The position numbers and the translations under genes were made by a program. The notes beneath the pieces were generated by a model. That model was not told where the DNA came from and made no database searches. It was given only the letters and a program-made list of their open reading frames with translations. From assembly GCF_018350175.1 (NCBI RefSeq), contig NC_058368.1, forward strand, positions 15,068,001-15,132,000: a DNA stretch of 64,000 bases, read 5' to 3'. The DNA comes from Felis catus (lineage: Eukaryota). Positions 24,514-38,612 of the stretch are shown piece by piece (the stretch's first letter is position 1; each line of letters begins with the position of its first letter).

Positions 24514-24949
24514 CCTTCCAGATGAATTCTATGTTAATCATATAACACGTATATACCTTTTTTTCATAAAGGAGGTATTTTTAAAAGTGAGTTTCTTTTC
24601 TCACTGTAGTTCAACAATTCCTCAGAAATTCCAGTTCACTGGGAACATTTTCACTTCCCAGGCTGTTAAAGATTTATTCTCTTAAATACACGTTTTCTAT
24701 CATTTCTTGGGATCTGGAGTAGAAGGAGAATGTGTACTCATCTGTCATCTTGATCCAATCTTCCTCATTTATGAGGATAGTAACTTATCAAACCATTAAT
24801 TGTTATAATGCTGTAATGAACACCTTTGTGTACATATGTATTTTTAGTCTCATTAAATTCAAAGTAAACCGTGGACAACTTATGACGGATCTAATATGAA
24901 TAACGGACAGGACTGAATCAAAGAAAGAAACAAGATTACTGTTTAAAAG

Positions 24950-25900
24950 AATGAAAAAGAAAAGTGTGGCATGTACAAAGAATGGAATATTATTCAGCCT
25001 TAAAAAGGAACTGAATTCTGATACATGCTACAACGTGAGTGAACCTTGGAAACATTATGCTAAGTGAGAAAAGGCAGACAAAAAAGCAGAAATGTTGAAT
25101 TATTTCATTTGTATGATGTCCCTAAAATAGGTAAATTCAAAGAGACAGAATATAGAATAATGGTTACCACGGGCTGGGGGCAGGGGAAAATGAAGAGTTA
25201 GTGTTTAATGAAATACAGCATTGTTTTGAATGATTTTTTAGAAGTTCTGAAAATGGGTAGTGGTAAAAAGTATGTTATGTATATTATACCCCAATTTTAA
25301 TAAAAAGGAATGAGGCACTAATACATTCCACAATATGGGTGAAGCCTGAAAACTTTATGCTAACTAAAAGGAGGCTATAAGAAAAGACCATGATTCTATT
25401 CACATGAAATGTCCAGAGTAGACAAATCCACAGAGACAAGTACTTTAGTGCTTACCGGGGGGGATACGGAGGTTGGAGTGACTGCTAATGGGTACAGAGT
25501 TTCTTTTTCGGATGAAGAAGATGTACCAACACTTACTGTGGTGATGTTGGTCCAATTCTGTGAATAGCAAGCCTGGAAGTGTATACTTTTTTTTTTTTTT
25601 TAATTTTTTTTTTCAACGTTTATTTATTTTTGGGACAGAGAGAGACAGAGCATGAACGGGGGAGGGGCAGAGAGAGAGGAAGACACAGAACCGGAAGCAG
25701 GCTCCAGGCTCCGAGCCATCAGCCCAGAGCCCGACGCGGGGCTCGAACTCCCGGACCGCGAGATCGTGACCTGGCTGAAGTCCGACGCTTAACCGACTGC
25801 GCCACCCAGGCGCCCCTGGAAGTGTATACTTTAAATGGGTGAATTGCATGGTTATGAATCATGTCTCAATAAAAGTTTATTTTTAAAGTAAAATAAATGG
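24950..25900 (+). mobile_element. Old L1M 3'-UTR fragments
   Basis: aatggaatattattcagccttaaaaaggaa; gtgactgctaatgggtacagagtttctttt. Confidence 0.7.
25590..25816 (-). mobile_element. Young felid SINEC_Fc-type element
   Basis: CpG-intact; TSD tggaagtgtatacttt. Confidence 0.95.
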
Positions 25901-28144
25901 AGGAATAAATACATCCTTGTACAAGTAAGTCTAAGTCCTAGTGCCAAAACTATAAGATTAAAAGGTAATTTTTTGCTTTTGTTTCTCAACTTAGATACTG
26001 CCAAATTGTTCTTCCCAAAAGACAGAAAAATCCCCAAGAGTGTACAGGAGTACCATTTCCCCAATCCTTAATAAGACTATTTATTAATTTTCTTCATTTT
26101 TGCCAATATTATGAGGAAAAAAAAAACCCCAATCTTCCTTTTTGTTTGCGTTTTTCTGATTAACTGTGAAGTTGGATATCTTTTCATTATTGTGGCAATT
26201 TCCACTTCTATTTATTGCATATTCTATTTATTATGCTTGTCTATTTATTATCTTTTTCTAGGTTCCTATTTGTTGTTTACCTTCTTATTGCTCCATAGTT
26301 TATATATTCTGGATATGTTAACTACTTTTTTCTATTTGTCATGGCTTTTAACTTTGATTACAAGGTCTGTCACAAATAAATGTTTAATATTTAGTAACAG
26401 CCACCTACTGTTTCCTTTATGGGCTTGGTGAATTTCATCTTGCTTTCAAAGCCATCTCTATTTACATTATTAAAATATGTTTTCATAGTGTGTTCTAATA
26501 CTTCTATGGTGGTTTCTTTTTTTTTTTTTGCATTTTGCTTTTTATCTCATATGGAATTTATTTGGTGATGTATCTAATTTCATCTCTTTCAAATGCAGGG
26601 CTAATTACCCAAGTAGCCTTACTGAATAGAGTAACCTTCTCCCAGTATTTTCAAATGCCACCTTTATATATATGCATGTACGATTTTCTGGGCTTCATTC
26701 TGCCCCACTGATCTATTTGCCTATTCCTAATTAATATGACACTAATTACTAGCTTTTTATATCTTTTATATTTGATACAGCTTATCGTTCCCTCCTTGCT
26801 ATCCTTCAATTTGGTTCTTAGATATTTCCCACAATTTCTCCTCCAATAGAATTTTAGCATCAGGTTGTCAAGTTCCATAAAGAAGCCTGTTAAAATGTTG
26901 ATTGTGGCTGCATTTATTTTACAGATTAATTAGGGAATATCATTCCAGTATTAAATCTCCCTATTTAGGAAGTAGGACTTAGAGAACTCAGGTCTTTTTT
27001 AAATGTAACCTTCATACAGATTCTGCACATGTCCTCATGTTTATTGCTAGATATTTGAAAGTTGAGGAGTCATTGTAAAGGGGATAGCTGTTCTCACTGT
27101 ATTTTCTGATTGATTATAGCCAACATAGACAGTGCTACTGACTTCTGTATGAGGAATCTGCTTCAAGAACCTTATGGTACTCTCTCTTTAGTTTCAATAT
27201 ACTTTAGTTGATTCTTCTGAATTTTCTAGGAATATAAATAATCACTCAGTCTTCAAAAATGACATTTTTGTCTCCACACCCAGAATTTATGCTTTTTATT
27301 CACTGATCTTAAAGCACTGGCTAGAAATCCAAAACAATGGTGAATACAAGGAGTAACACTGGGTATTCTTACTTTGTTCCTGAGTTTAGTGGGAATATTT
27401 GAAATGTTTTTACCACTAAATATGATGCAGAAGGTTCTGGTCACTACCCTCTACCAAGTTAAAGAAGTTTCTTTCTACTTGGAGGATAAGAATTTTAAAT
27501 CAGAAATGGGTGCTGAAATTTATCAAATATTTTAATATCAACATGATCATATTTTTTCTCCTTTATTCTGTTAGGTAGTGAATTACATTAACAGATTTCC
27601 TAATGACAAGCCATCATCGCCTTGCTGGGATAAACCTATACATAATGTGTAACAGACTAAATTCATTCGTATTATTTTAAATTTTTCCATCTATATTCAT
27701 GAGCAAAATAGGATACAATTTTGTTTCATTATATTGTCTTATCTGGGTTGGGTATCATCAGGATTATGCCAGCTTTGAAGAGTAAAACAGAAAGCTTCAA
27801 TATTATTTTATGGTCTTGAATATTTTATAAAACCGAATTATCTGCTTCTTGAAATTTAGGTAAACATGTCTGCAGAATCTGGGCCTGAGGCCATTTAGAG
27901 AGATGGGTTTTAGAGTATCTTTTACAGTTCCTTAATGACTACCAGTAAATTTAAATTTTCTCCCTTAAGTGAATTTTGTTCATATATTTTTTTAATTCTA
28001 TTTTATCTATCTTTTCAAATATATTAATTTTTAAATGTATATAATGCTTACTATTTGTGTTGAGTTATTCTTGCTAACTGGAAATTAATATATAATTAAA
28101 TCTTTTCTATCTTCTTTTTTATGGTAATGCTTTATTAGAGACTA

Positions 28145-28340
28145 TAGAACTGCGTGGTCCAAATGATAGCCACATGTGGCAATTTATTTACACTTATGTT
28201 AACTAAAATTAAAGTTTGAAACTCACTTCAGTTACACTAGCCTCATTTCAAGTGCTCCATATCTATGTATGACAAATGGCTGCCATATCAGACATAGAAC
28301 ATTGTCATCACTGCATAAAGTGCTTTTGGATGGCACAGTC
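28145..28340. mobile_element. MER3/MER33-like hAT-Charlie MITE
   Basis: tagccacatgtggc...cactagcctcatttcaagtgctc...catcactgcataaagtgcttttgga. Confidence 0.6.
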
Positions 28341-29454
28341 CTCCAAGTGGCATTCTACTGTACCCCACAGATTTTCATGTATATTACGTTTGTGTTCATT
28401 CATTGCTAGTATGTAATTTCACTTTATACTTCCATTTTAACCTAGGAGTTGCTTTAAACATCTATATAAAAATGTTTTTAATTTTCAAGATTATGATATT
28501 TTTGGTTTTGGTTCTTTTTTTGTCTATTGACAAAATTTCTTCTTTCAGTGCATTGTCAACAGTGAATGTATCCTGCATGACTACTTCTTAGAATTTATTT
28601 TCTTTGTGGCGTAATACATAGTCATTTTTTGTTAATGTTCCATGGATACTTGAAAATAATGTGTATTTTCTGCTGGGCACAGAACTTGTTGTTTTCTTTC
28701 TTACTTTAGGTCTACTTGAAGTTTCAGTTTATGGCATGTATCAACATCTCTCCTTTCTAATTATGGTTTGTGAATTTATCAATTTCTCCAACTATAGACT
28801 CTAATTTGGGGTTAGATATATAAAGATTCATGATAATTATATTCACATAAAACATAATATTTAATATATATTAAATAACATGTTATATAGCATATTTTAA
28901 ATATTATATCAAGAATATCATATATTGATAATTATGTCCATTATATGGACAGAAAACTATATATATGAAATATTCTTTGTCCTTTTTAATGTTTTTTACT
29001 TGAAATTTTTTTCTGGTATACAGTAGTTTTTCATATCTCTTTATTTTGAGCTTTTCTATATATCATTTTGATTATGTGTGAATTTTGTAAATAGAATATA
29101 TCTGAATTTTTAGGTTTCTTTTCACGATATGTGACTTTAGTTTTAATATAGGAATTTAATTAATTTCATTAATGGCATTAACTAATGTACATTAATATCA
29201 AGTAATAACATTAATTGTGAAACATTTATAACTTAACCTGAAGTGGTCTTATTCCCTTCATTTGTTATTTCACATTTCCTATCCATAGTAATTTTGTTTC
29301 TTTTTCCCTATGCCTTCTGTTAGGCTGATGGAATTTTCCTTTTTCCCCTCCTGCTGTTCTTACAATACTTTGGGAGTTAAGGCCCTTATTTCTATTACTT
29401 AATAGTGGCATTTGGGCCCACAGTTCAGTGCCAGTTTTACCTGGTAAATACTTC

Positions 29455-29670
29455 TTTTTTTTTTTTTTTTTTTGCATTTTATTTTTGAGACAGGGAGAGA
29501 CAGCATGAACGGGGGAGGGTCAGAGAGAGAGGGAGACACAGAATCTGAAACAGGCTCCAGGCTCTGAGCCATCAGCACAGAGCCCCACGCGGGGCTCGAA
29601 CTCACGAACCACGAGATCGTGACCTGAGCCGAAATCGGACGCTTAACCGACTGAGCCACCCAGACGCCCC
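29455..29670 (-). mobile_element. Felid Can-SINE
   Basis: Perfect 17-bp TSD tacctggtaaatacttc. Confidence 0.95.
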
Positions 29671-32655
29671 TACCTGGTAAATACTTCCAAGGTCAAAATC
29701 CCCTGCCTCTGAACCTTGAAGCTATTGGTCCATTTCCTTCTGGCATCCAGTTGTTAATAAAAATAAGCTGCTTTGCTTTCCTTTCAGTGCTTTTCTCATT
29801 ATGCTGTGGGTTCTGATAGTTTGTGAGGATGTGTCTGGGTATAGATCTTATTCCTCCTACCTGGCACTCAGTGGATCTTTGGCTTTGGAAGTTTCCTTCT
29901 GTTTCTCTATTTCCTCCTGTCTTCATCGCTCCTAGATGCAGGACATCCACAATTGATCCTTCATGGCTCAGCTTCACTCAGAGACAGTCCCTTAACTTTA
30001 TTTTTCATATCACCAGCTCAGTCTTAAGTCCTTCCAAAGATTGTTATAATTTCAGTTCGTTTAATGTGAATTGCTCCCTTCTAAGATTTTTCATTTTTGG
30101 TAATTCTTCATATCCTGCTATTTTTAGGATGTGATATCCTCACTGAGAATACAATTAGAATTTTAAGTTTGTTATATCCCCTTACTAACTTGTCTCTGGA
30201 ATAGTTGTGTCCAGTGGCTGCATTTGTGTCTAGTTCTGTTAATGTCTGGAGATCCTTGGTTATTTGAACATAAATATGAATCAAGGACTAAGTCAATGTG
30301 TATAAGTAATCTCAGCGGCTGCCTCCTTTGAAGGGACAACTGACTGGGGTTCGGTTAAGTGGGCAGGACAGTGGAAGCAAGGCTGGAGAGCAGAGAGGCT
30401 GGGACCAGCTAATTGTCAAAATAATAATAATGGCAGGCATTACTCTGAGGGCCAAGCAACAATAGTTTATTTCCCTCCTGAGCAGAGCTGCCTCCTTGTC
30501 AGTTATAAAGATCTGGAAATGACCGACACCAGGAACCTGGGGGCCATATGTCGTCCATTCTCTTTAGGATGAAGTAGGTGTGAACTGGGAGAGTCAAGGG
30601 GTAAAGAAATGCAGAGGCCCACGTGGCCCAGGTGCTCTGCATACAGCTAATTTATCACCAGGTGAGCACCCTCTGGTCAACTTTCATCTGTTTCTTCTAA
30701 CATTCAGCCAGAGCTACCGTTAGTATTGTTTTTGCCTTTGCCCTTCTTCTTTAGGTCTTTTAAGCTGTGGTTTTTTCTACTTTTCTTTTAGTGGCAATTT
30801 CATTCCATCTGCTTTCTAAGTTTCAAGTTTTCCTGTGGATTTTTTTTCTTAATGGTCAGAGACAAGCTGCTTTGTTCAAACCAAGATCCCAAGAAGGACT
30901 ATGCATTACATTTGGTTAGGTTACTCTTGGACCTCTAATTTGGAATACCTGCTCCCTGCTCCCCCTGCCACACACACACCTTTCTTTTTTTTCCCCCATG
31001 ATTTTTTCTTGATGAAGGTATCAGCACATGTTTAAGTATCTCCTGCTCTGGGTCAGGGTCAGACCAGGAAGTTGACATGTGCACTCCATTCCTCATCAGG
31101 AGTCAATCTGATTTACCTGCCCCACCCTGTTTCAAACAGGATAAGAATTCAAACTCCTTAGCACAGCCTTTCAATAGCTTAATATATATCAACCCATGTC
31201 ACCAGCCTTATTTCTTTCCACTGCCCTCAAATGCCCTATGATCTAAGAAGACAGCAAAACACTTTCAAATGAGCTTTGAAATTTGGAATTTCTACAGTAG
31301 AAAATATCACGACCCTTTAGTGTGTTTCCTTTTCATTTTATAAACATCTCGCATTTCCAATAGCGCTTTAGGAGCAACGTGGGACTCAAAAAAACCACTG
31401 TGATGCTTTTGTGTGCGGATTGTTTGTGAAGCTCCATGGTAGCAAAGGATTACTTCCATCAATATATTCCCTTGTGAACAAAATGCCAAGAATTGAAATG
31501 CTCATTAACAAGTGGTCATAAAAGGATTATAGTTTTGTTTTTTAATTCACCTGGTTAACTAAACCTATGAACGTCCAAAACTAATCATTTAATTAACCTT
31601 CCAAACTGAGATACTTTTGAGAATGAAAGGGGTAGCTAATAATAATTACACTAAAATAACACATATAAAACAAAGTGTCCTGGGCTATGAATAACTTGTA
31701 AAGCTTTCTACCAAGATTTATTTTCTCTTTCCTTTAAAACACCCAACACTTTGCATCTGCTTAAGTTTGACTGATATCTATTTATTCTCTCCATAGATGT
31801 TTTTTGAGCCCTTACTACAAGGCAGATGCTGTACTGGGAACACAAAGTGGACAGAGAAGGTCCTGCCTTCATGGGGCTGACATTCTAGTAATCCTTTTTT
31901 TCTGCTACTAAGAATAGCTTTCATTCTTTGGAGCACAGGAAGAATGCGTCTCAGTTCCACCAAAGCTACTACTGATTCTCTTTAAACAGCTGGATGCAGT
32001 GTGGGAAGAGGGCAAAGGCTTTCCATGCACATAGACCAGGGTCTGTTGCCTAGGTCAGCCACTTACTAGTGGTTTTGAGTAAGATACTAGTGATCCTCAT
32101 CTGGGAGTTAAAAATACTTAAATCCTGACTGTTATAGGAAGAAATGTTGGTACGATGCCCTGTAGGTGGTATTGCCATGTTTTCTCAATAATATCAAACC
32201 TGAGCAGAGACAACATCAAATCAATATGATGGGGAAGGAAGTAGAAGGGGAAAAGAAAATGTGTCTGAAGACAGCCCTAAATCAAATGGGTCTTTGCATT
32301 ACTTTAGCCATAGAGAAGGGGAAACGGCCCACAGTAAATAAAAGGTAAGCCTTGAATAACAAAAACCAGCTGCTAACTTAAACCCTTTCCTACTAGCTCT
32401 GATGCTTCTGACTGCAATATTCCCTGCTGAGGCTCAGTGTCCAACTCCCCCAAATCTCTCAGCTAGTATTATGGAGAAGTCAAGAGTAAGCTCTGAAGGG
32501 CAGGACACAGGTACTGGAGAGAAACCTGAGAGGAAGTAGGAAAAATCCAGAAAGGGATGAGAAGGTGCAGTACCAGTAACAGGCTGTTTTGCACAGGAGT
32601 CTATAGTTCTGTGCCATGGTGCAAGGCATTTCACAGAGTAACAGCAGCTCTGGAG

Positions 32656-32858
32656 GGGTGTCTGGGTGGCTCAGTAGGTTCAGCATCTGACTTTGGCTCA
32701 GGCCACGATCTCATGGTGCGTGAGTTAGAGCCTCCCATCAGGCTCTGCACTGACAGAATCCCAGTGTATGGGATTCTCTCTCCTTCTCACCCTGCCCCTC
32801 CTACCCTCCCCCACTCACTCTCTCTCTCTCTCAAAATAAATAAACTTAAAAAAAAAAA
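32656..32858 (+). mobile_element. Can-SINE
   Basis: Head, body and tail. Confidence 0.88.
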
Positions 32859-34589
32859 GCAGCTGTAGAAAGAAGGGACTTGCTCTCCTGCCAAAGGCTT
32901 CCTCCTCTGCCCTACAAAATCAATGCCATAGCACACGTGGAATGTTAATAATCAGACAAATTAGAACACTGCCCTAGTCCACTATCCCAAGGTAACTTGA
33001 ATTAACTGAATAGCTTCTAATCAACTTAAATCTGAATATTCATTAAGTTAAAAATATCCTGTTGGCAGTATAATATGAACACAGGTGATGAGAAAAATCC
33101 ACTGATAGGAATAATAAAAGGGAAATGAACAAAACTTTCTAGTATATTCTGCTTTGGGAAACTGCCTTTTCTAGTACATCCAAGATTTTCACCTGAGTAT
33201 CACAACTTCAACGGATGCGTGACTTCGTGTGGTGGGATTTTTTTTCTATTTGAATTGATTACTGCACCTTTTATTTAAAAAAAAAAAAAAAGGAATACAT
33301 ATTCATTGGGAAAGATAGGAAAAAAATTTTTTTAAAGCCTAACGAGGAAATAAAAAGCATTTGTAATTTCACCACTTGGGGATAAATACTACTAACACCT
33401 TGGTGTAGATCTCTGAAGTGTGGGCAGTTTTTAGATTTCATCATCACCACTGGTCTTTATCCACTCAGTTTGATTTCTAAATCACAGTACCACTCAGGGC
33501 ACTCTAGTCTCTACAATGTTGAAAACACTGGATTTCCATTTGCGATGTGCGGCAGGCTAAACCCTTAATTAGTAACAGCAGGTGCTGAAGTGCTTAAAGC
33601 AAATCACTCCTACATTTTAGTGAGTTGTTATTTATGTCACTCTTATCGCCAGGAGCAGTGCTGACAATCAGCAGCAGCTGCAAGGGCCAAGGCTCTCACA
33701 GGGCAATTGTTGGCCTCCAGTTTCCCCAAGAGTCAAGGGATTTAAACAGCTCTATCTGGAGAAACTGATCAAGCTGCTCTTCAAATGCAAACAAAAGATT
33801 CAGTTGGGGCTTCAGACTTTCTTAAGGGTAGGAAGCCGAGATTGCTCATGCACTACTAGATAATCAGATATTTCACTCAGAGTTCCATTTTGTGTAGCTT
33901 TGCCTAATCCCGCACCTTAAAATACTATTTTTCCTTTGAGTTTAAAGAGGTGCCTCCATTCTGAAATAATTAAGAAAACCTATTAAACCGGTCCACTTCA
34001 AAGTGGTAATTTCAGAAAGCTTGTGCTTAAAGCAGGGGAGATTTAAGTATGCAGAACATTCTAAGGGCTAAAAAACTTCAGGCAGCCCAAGAGGCTTGCC
34101 TCTCCTATTTCTCTACCAAGATACGTCAAATAAGAAAGCCAACACCAGCTTGCCTTGCTCTCTGGGGTGGGTGAGGTTTTATGCCTTCCTTCTAGAAAGC
34201 TTATCATCACCTTTCATTTTCTATCTACAACAGTCACGGAAATGATCCTGTGCTTCTTTCTGCCAAGGGGAAGATAAATCAGGTGCCTTCAAAAGAGGCC
34301 AGCGGGCTTTTTGAGTCCCCTGGAGGTGGGAGGACGTGTGAACAGCACAGATGCCTTTTCCCGCCAACGGCTTTGGTTTCCAGGCACAACTGCCTGTTTG
34401 GGTGGAAGCCTGAGGAAGGACGTGCGAGGACTTTCTGGCCCCCGTGCCCGTAAGCAAACTGAAAAAAGCCTGCCAAGCTGTGCGGAGACAAGAATGCTCA
34501 AAATAAATTTCCCCATGTTAAATAAACTTCCCCGTATTCAAAGTAAAACCAAAGTTGTCGTCATTCACATTCTGTGCAGACACCTACTA

Positions 34590-35350
34590 GGTTTCGCTCC
34601 CGGCTAACCTTCCGAGTGGTCGGCTAGAAAAGCGGAGTTCGGCCGGTGCCGAGGGCCACAGAGGCAGGCCTGTGGGAAACAGCTCAGTTGGGCCTCCCGC
34701 CCTGGGCGACTCCGTCCGGGCGGGACCCCCCCACCCCCGCCCTCGGACGCCGGCTCGCGCCCCTGGAAGTGGCCCTCCCGGCGCCGCGCTCCTCCGGCGT
34801 CCCCTGAATGAGAGATGCCTGTGCGGGCCTAGGGGGCCACCCGGCCCAGGGCCCGCGCGCGGTGATCAACGCAGCTGCCGCCCCTTCCTCCTCCTCTGCC
34901 TCTTACCTGGCCAGAGATTCGGCCGCGCTCCGGGCGGGTAATTGAGGCCGCCATGGCCTGTTGCCCACGTGCCGGGTCCTGGGGCAGCCTCACCGCAGGA
35001 GGAGCTCGGCCGAGCCGCCGCGTCCCGGACGCCGGCTCGGGCCGCGCTGATGGGTCTCGCGGCCCGCAGCTGTGGGCGCGCACGCCCCAGGCCCGCCTTA
35101 AAGTGGCCATGACGCCCGGGGCCGGGCACCTGGGGGTGCTGCAGCCTGCTCCAAGGGGTCCCGCGGGACCTGGGCTGGGGGAGGGGCTCCCGGGGGCTGC
35201 CGGGAGGGGCTGTCCAGGGTGCCCTGGGGGCCCTTGGTGGCAGGCTGCCCACCCACAGTCCCGGCCCCAGTCCCCGTCCCACGCTCAGGGAGGTCACGGC
35301 CCCAGGCCTTCGTAGAACTGCCAGGAGAAGGCGGAAGCGCTGCCTCGCCT
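34590..35350. promoter_or_regulatory. CpG island / SOHLH2 promoter and first exon
   Basis: Abrupt GC- and CpG-rich block in AT-rich DNA; contains exon 1, E-boxes and E2F-type sites; GC box GGGGCGGGGC further upstream at 35714-35723. Confidence 0.9.
34907..34954 (-). CDS. SOHLH2: SOHLH2 coding exon 1 (MAASITRPERGRISGQ), 48 nt, phase 0
   Basis: ATG at 34954-34952 in strong Kozak context (GCCATGG); donor CAG|GTAAGA; inside CpG island; resembles the recalled human N-terminus MASSIICQEHCQISGQ. Confidence 0.93.
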
Positions 35351-36504
35351 CAGGCTGCTCTAAAAATCTTTAGGGTATCTTTTGGATCAGCAAACGGTTT
35401 TTTGGGTTTTTTTCCCTAGACAAACATGTAGAAGCTAGAGAAGGCGAGTGCTGTTATGGCGTTTTCGTTCCAAAGAAATTAAATATTTTAGAAGTATTTC
35501 ATTTTGTCCGGTGACTCAGCATTGTCCCCATTTTCTCAACTGAGAAACTTGGACAATTAGAAAGTCTTCTGGTAGCTGCTGTGTAACTCACTTCATTCAG
35601 CCTTGGCTGGACGTTTTATTTAGATCTGTTGAGTGCCAGGAGCTGTAGGGGATCCTTTCTCTTATGGTCTTTACTATTGTTCCTGATTTTTCCATTGCTA
35701 GAAATTGGGGTTGGGGGCGGGGCGCCGGGACGGGCAGGAGAGTGAGGGAGAAGATGGTATCTGGTAATTGTCACTTTGGATTTCCCTAGATTCTTGATCT
35801 CACTTAACATATAATACGAACGTGCTGTACTTGAATTATCAGTGCCTGCTTTCTTGGGCAAGCTTTGATTTCCTGAGCAGGTCCTGCAGTGTTCTGAAGC
35901 CCTAATTTTGACCATGAGAGTGTGTCAAAAATATTGCTGTGATGCTCTGATTATGATGGGAAGAAAAGGCGCAGATAAATTTCTGATGAAATCATTCTGC
36001 AACGTTTTGGGAAGTAAATGTTCACATTTTAATAGTTATGATTTTGGCTCTTTATCGCTTTTCCAGTTAATCAGGAACTGAGTGTCTGGATAAACATCTC
36101 TGAGGCACTTTGCTAACCAATATTGGACAAAGGTGAAGCCAAGCCCAAGCCCTGGGTGGGTGTGAACTGAGACAGCTTTGAGCATTTCCCCTCTCTGTGG
36201 TAATCAGGGCACTGCTCCAGGGGTCTAGATAAGCAAATCTGATTCTAATACTAACAAAGACATTGTTGGAACTGACACAGACTCATTGTTTTTAAAGTTG
36301 AGGGGACAATGCCCCTAAGTTTATGTGAGAGGAAGAAATCAACCCTCCAATTATGTGTTGGAGGAAGCAATAAAAAATAATAAATTTCTCCAGGATCCGT
36401 AATATAAGATCATCACAAGTTCCCTAAGAATTAATTTGAGATATTTTAATAGTTTCAAATCTAAAAGAAAGACAAAGACAAGCTTACTTTATAAGTGAGC
36501 AGGC

Positions 36505-36715
36505 ATCTACTTGAAAACAACTGAGGGTGATTTTGACCCCCAAGGGACATTTGCCAATGTCTGGAGACATTTTTTTGGTCATCACAACTGGCTTCTAATG
36601 GGCAGGAGTCAGGGATGCTTGCTGCTAAACATTCTGCAATGCCCAAGGACAGCCTCCTATAACAGAATTATCTGGCCCAAAATGTTCTGAGTGCTGAGGT
36701 TGAGAAACTACTCTA
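36505..36715. mobile_element. MER20 (hAT-Charlie) MITE
   Basis: gggacatttgccaatgtctggagacattttt...gaattatctggcccaaaatg...gtgctgaggttgagaaac. Confidence 0.8.
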
Positions 36716-36979
36716 AACCTTCTAAGTTATAACATAGAATGCAAACCATGTAATTTTTTGTCACCTTTAACATTCTTGAATCATACTCCTATTACTGGGC
36801 AGAAAAATGGGCAGATGGATGCTCTCTGTGGTTCCCCAAAATAACAATATGCTACTTATACTCTTGATGGAAAACTGAATATGATGAATTATAAAATAGG
36901 ACAAGAATAATTTTACACAGAGGAATATATTTTAAAACTTGCACTCAAAATCAAGTTGCTTCTTTAAAAATGATGTTCT

Positions 36980-37170
36980 GGGGCGCCTAAGTGGTTCAGT
37001 TAGTTAAGAGACAAACTCTTAATTTCAGCTTAGGTCATGATCTCACAGTTCATGGGTTCAAGCGCCATGTCGGGCTCTGTGCTGACAGGGTGGAATTCTC
37101 TCTTTCCCTCTCTCTCTGCCCCTCCCCAGCACTCCTTCTCTCTCAAAATATATACATAAATAAAAAAATA
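36980..37170 (+). mobile_element. Can-SINE
   Basis: Head, body and tail. Confidence 0.85.
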
Positions 37171-38109
37171 GTATCCTGGTCATTTAAGATTATTAGCATT
37201 CATAGTATGCACTTTACATTATTTTCCCTTCCAATTGTGTATTTTTCACAATATGATACAACCTTGAATAGGTTTATAAGTACTACAGTATACATGGTCT
37301 GTTCAAATGAGCTCTTGTAAAGAACCTATGCTTGAAATGTTAGGAATTTTTCCATCCAGCTATTTTACAGAAACTAATATAGAAAGCTCTCTCCAGTATT
37401 GTTATTACTTGGCTTGTTCTCAGAAACGCAGAAATTTAGAACTCGACAAGACCCTAGAGATGACCTAATTGCCTTCCCTTTCAAAGATGGTAAGGCCCAA
37501 ACAATGTTCTCATAAGTAGAACTGTAACCATAGAAGTTGGAAGCCAGAGAATTAACTAATTGCAATAATTTTCACTGATAATTTTTACATTTAGCAGTGC
37601 ACTGAACTTGTTACAGAACCAGGCTGGAACGCTGGCGGAAAAACCAAGCAGCACTTGGAGACCTTGGTGGATCAGAGACTTACTTCACACCGGTGGGCTC
37701 AGAGGAGACCATTTCTCCAAAGATCTGAGCTCCAAATGAAGGGGGGAAAGGTAATTGATAGTTGTCAACTTCCGTATCTGTGGCAGGTTTTTGTGTGTGT
37801 GGCAAACAGGGCAAGAAGAACCCGGAAGAGGGGTCTCTAAGCTAGAGACCAGATCTTGTTTTAGTCCCCTTGGACATTTTATGGTGTAAAACCTTATTCA
37901 TTTCCCCCCCAAACTCACTTTTTAAATCTGTTAAAAAAACATTTTAAACACCGTGCTTACATTATCCTTGGAATATTAAATCCAGGAGTCCACCCTAACT
38001 TGACTAACCACTGAGTTCTATATAGGATTACAAGCAAGGATATTTTCATAATGTTAACTGAGGAAGGTGATTTTTGCTTCCACTTACGCCATCTTCCCCC
38101 TCCTCCTTG

Positions 38110-38612
38110 CAGGTCCATTATAGAATAGCCAGAATAATCTTTTAAAATATAAATTGAAATATTAACTCCTCTTCTCAAAATCATTCCTTCAGAAAAAAAT
38201 CCAAATTCTTTTCTATGTCCAGCAAGACTTTATGACTCTCCCCCTCCAACCTTATCTTATCTCTTACCATTCTTATGACCTTTCAAGACCTCTAGTCACA
38301 CTGCCTTCTTCTGAGAATACCAGATAAGTGCAAAGCACTCTGCCTTTGTTCTTCCTTCTGTTTGTAATGTTCTTACCTGTCTTCCCCCCAGATTGCTCCA
38401 TTTCATTTAAATTTTTGTTATTATGTCACCTCCTCAAACATTCCCTGTCAGAATGTAACCTCTTACTTTATTTTTCATAGCACTTTTCTATATTAGAAAG
38501 CATATGTGTTTGTTTTTCCTTATCTTTCTCCCTAAGACAGAGGATCTGTCTGTACTATCCACTTCCATCACGTTGGTCTGGCTCATAGCAGGCACTTATT
38601 TGAAGCATGAAT
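38110..38612 (+). mobile_element. L2 3' remnant
   Basis: agaataatcttttaaaatataaattga...ggctcatagcaggcactt. Confidence 0.5.

Larger units (their letters stand above)
25950..30150 (-). mobile_element. Highly degraded antisense L1M block
   Basis: T-rich L1-like text (ttaaagaagtttctttcta, atcagaaatgggtgctgaaattt); ORF-track 26651..26878 has ORF2-like residues. Confidence 0.55.

Noticed and set aside
34221..35419. Overlapping Pro/Arg/Gly-rich ORFs on both strands
   Set aside because: Expected from stop-codon scarcity in a CpG island; only the frame containing exon 1 is supported.
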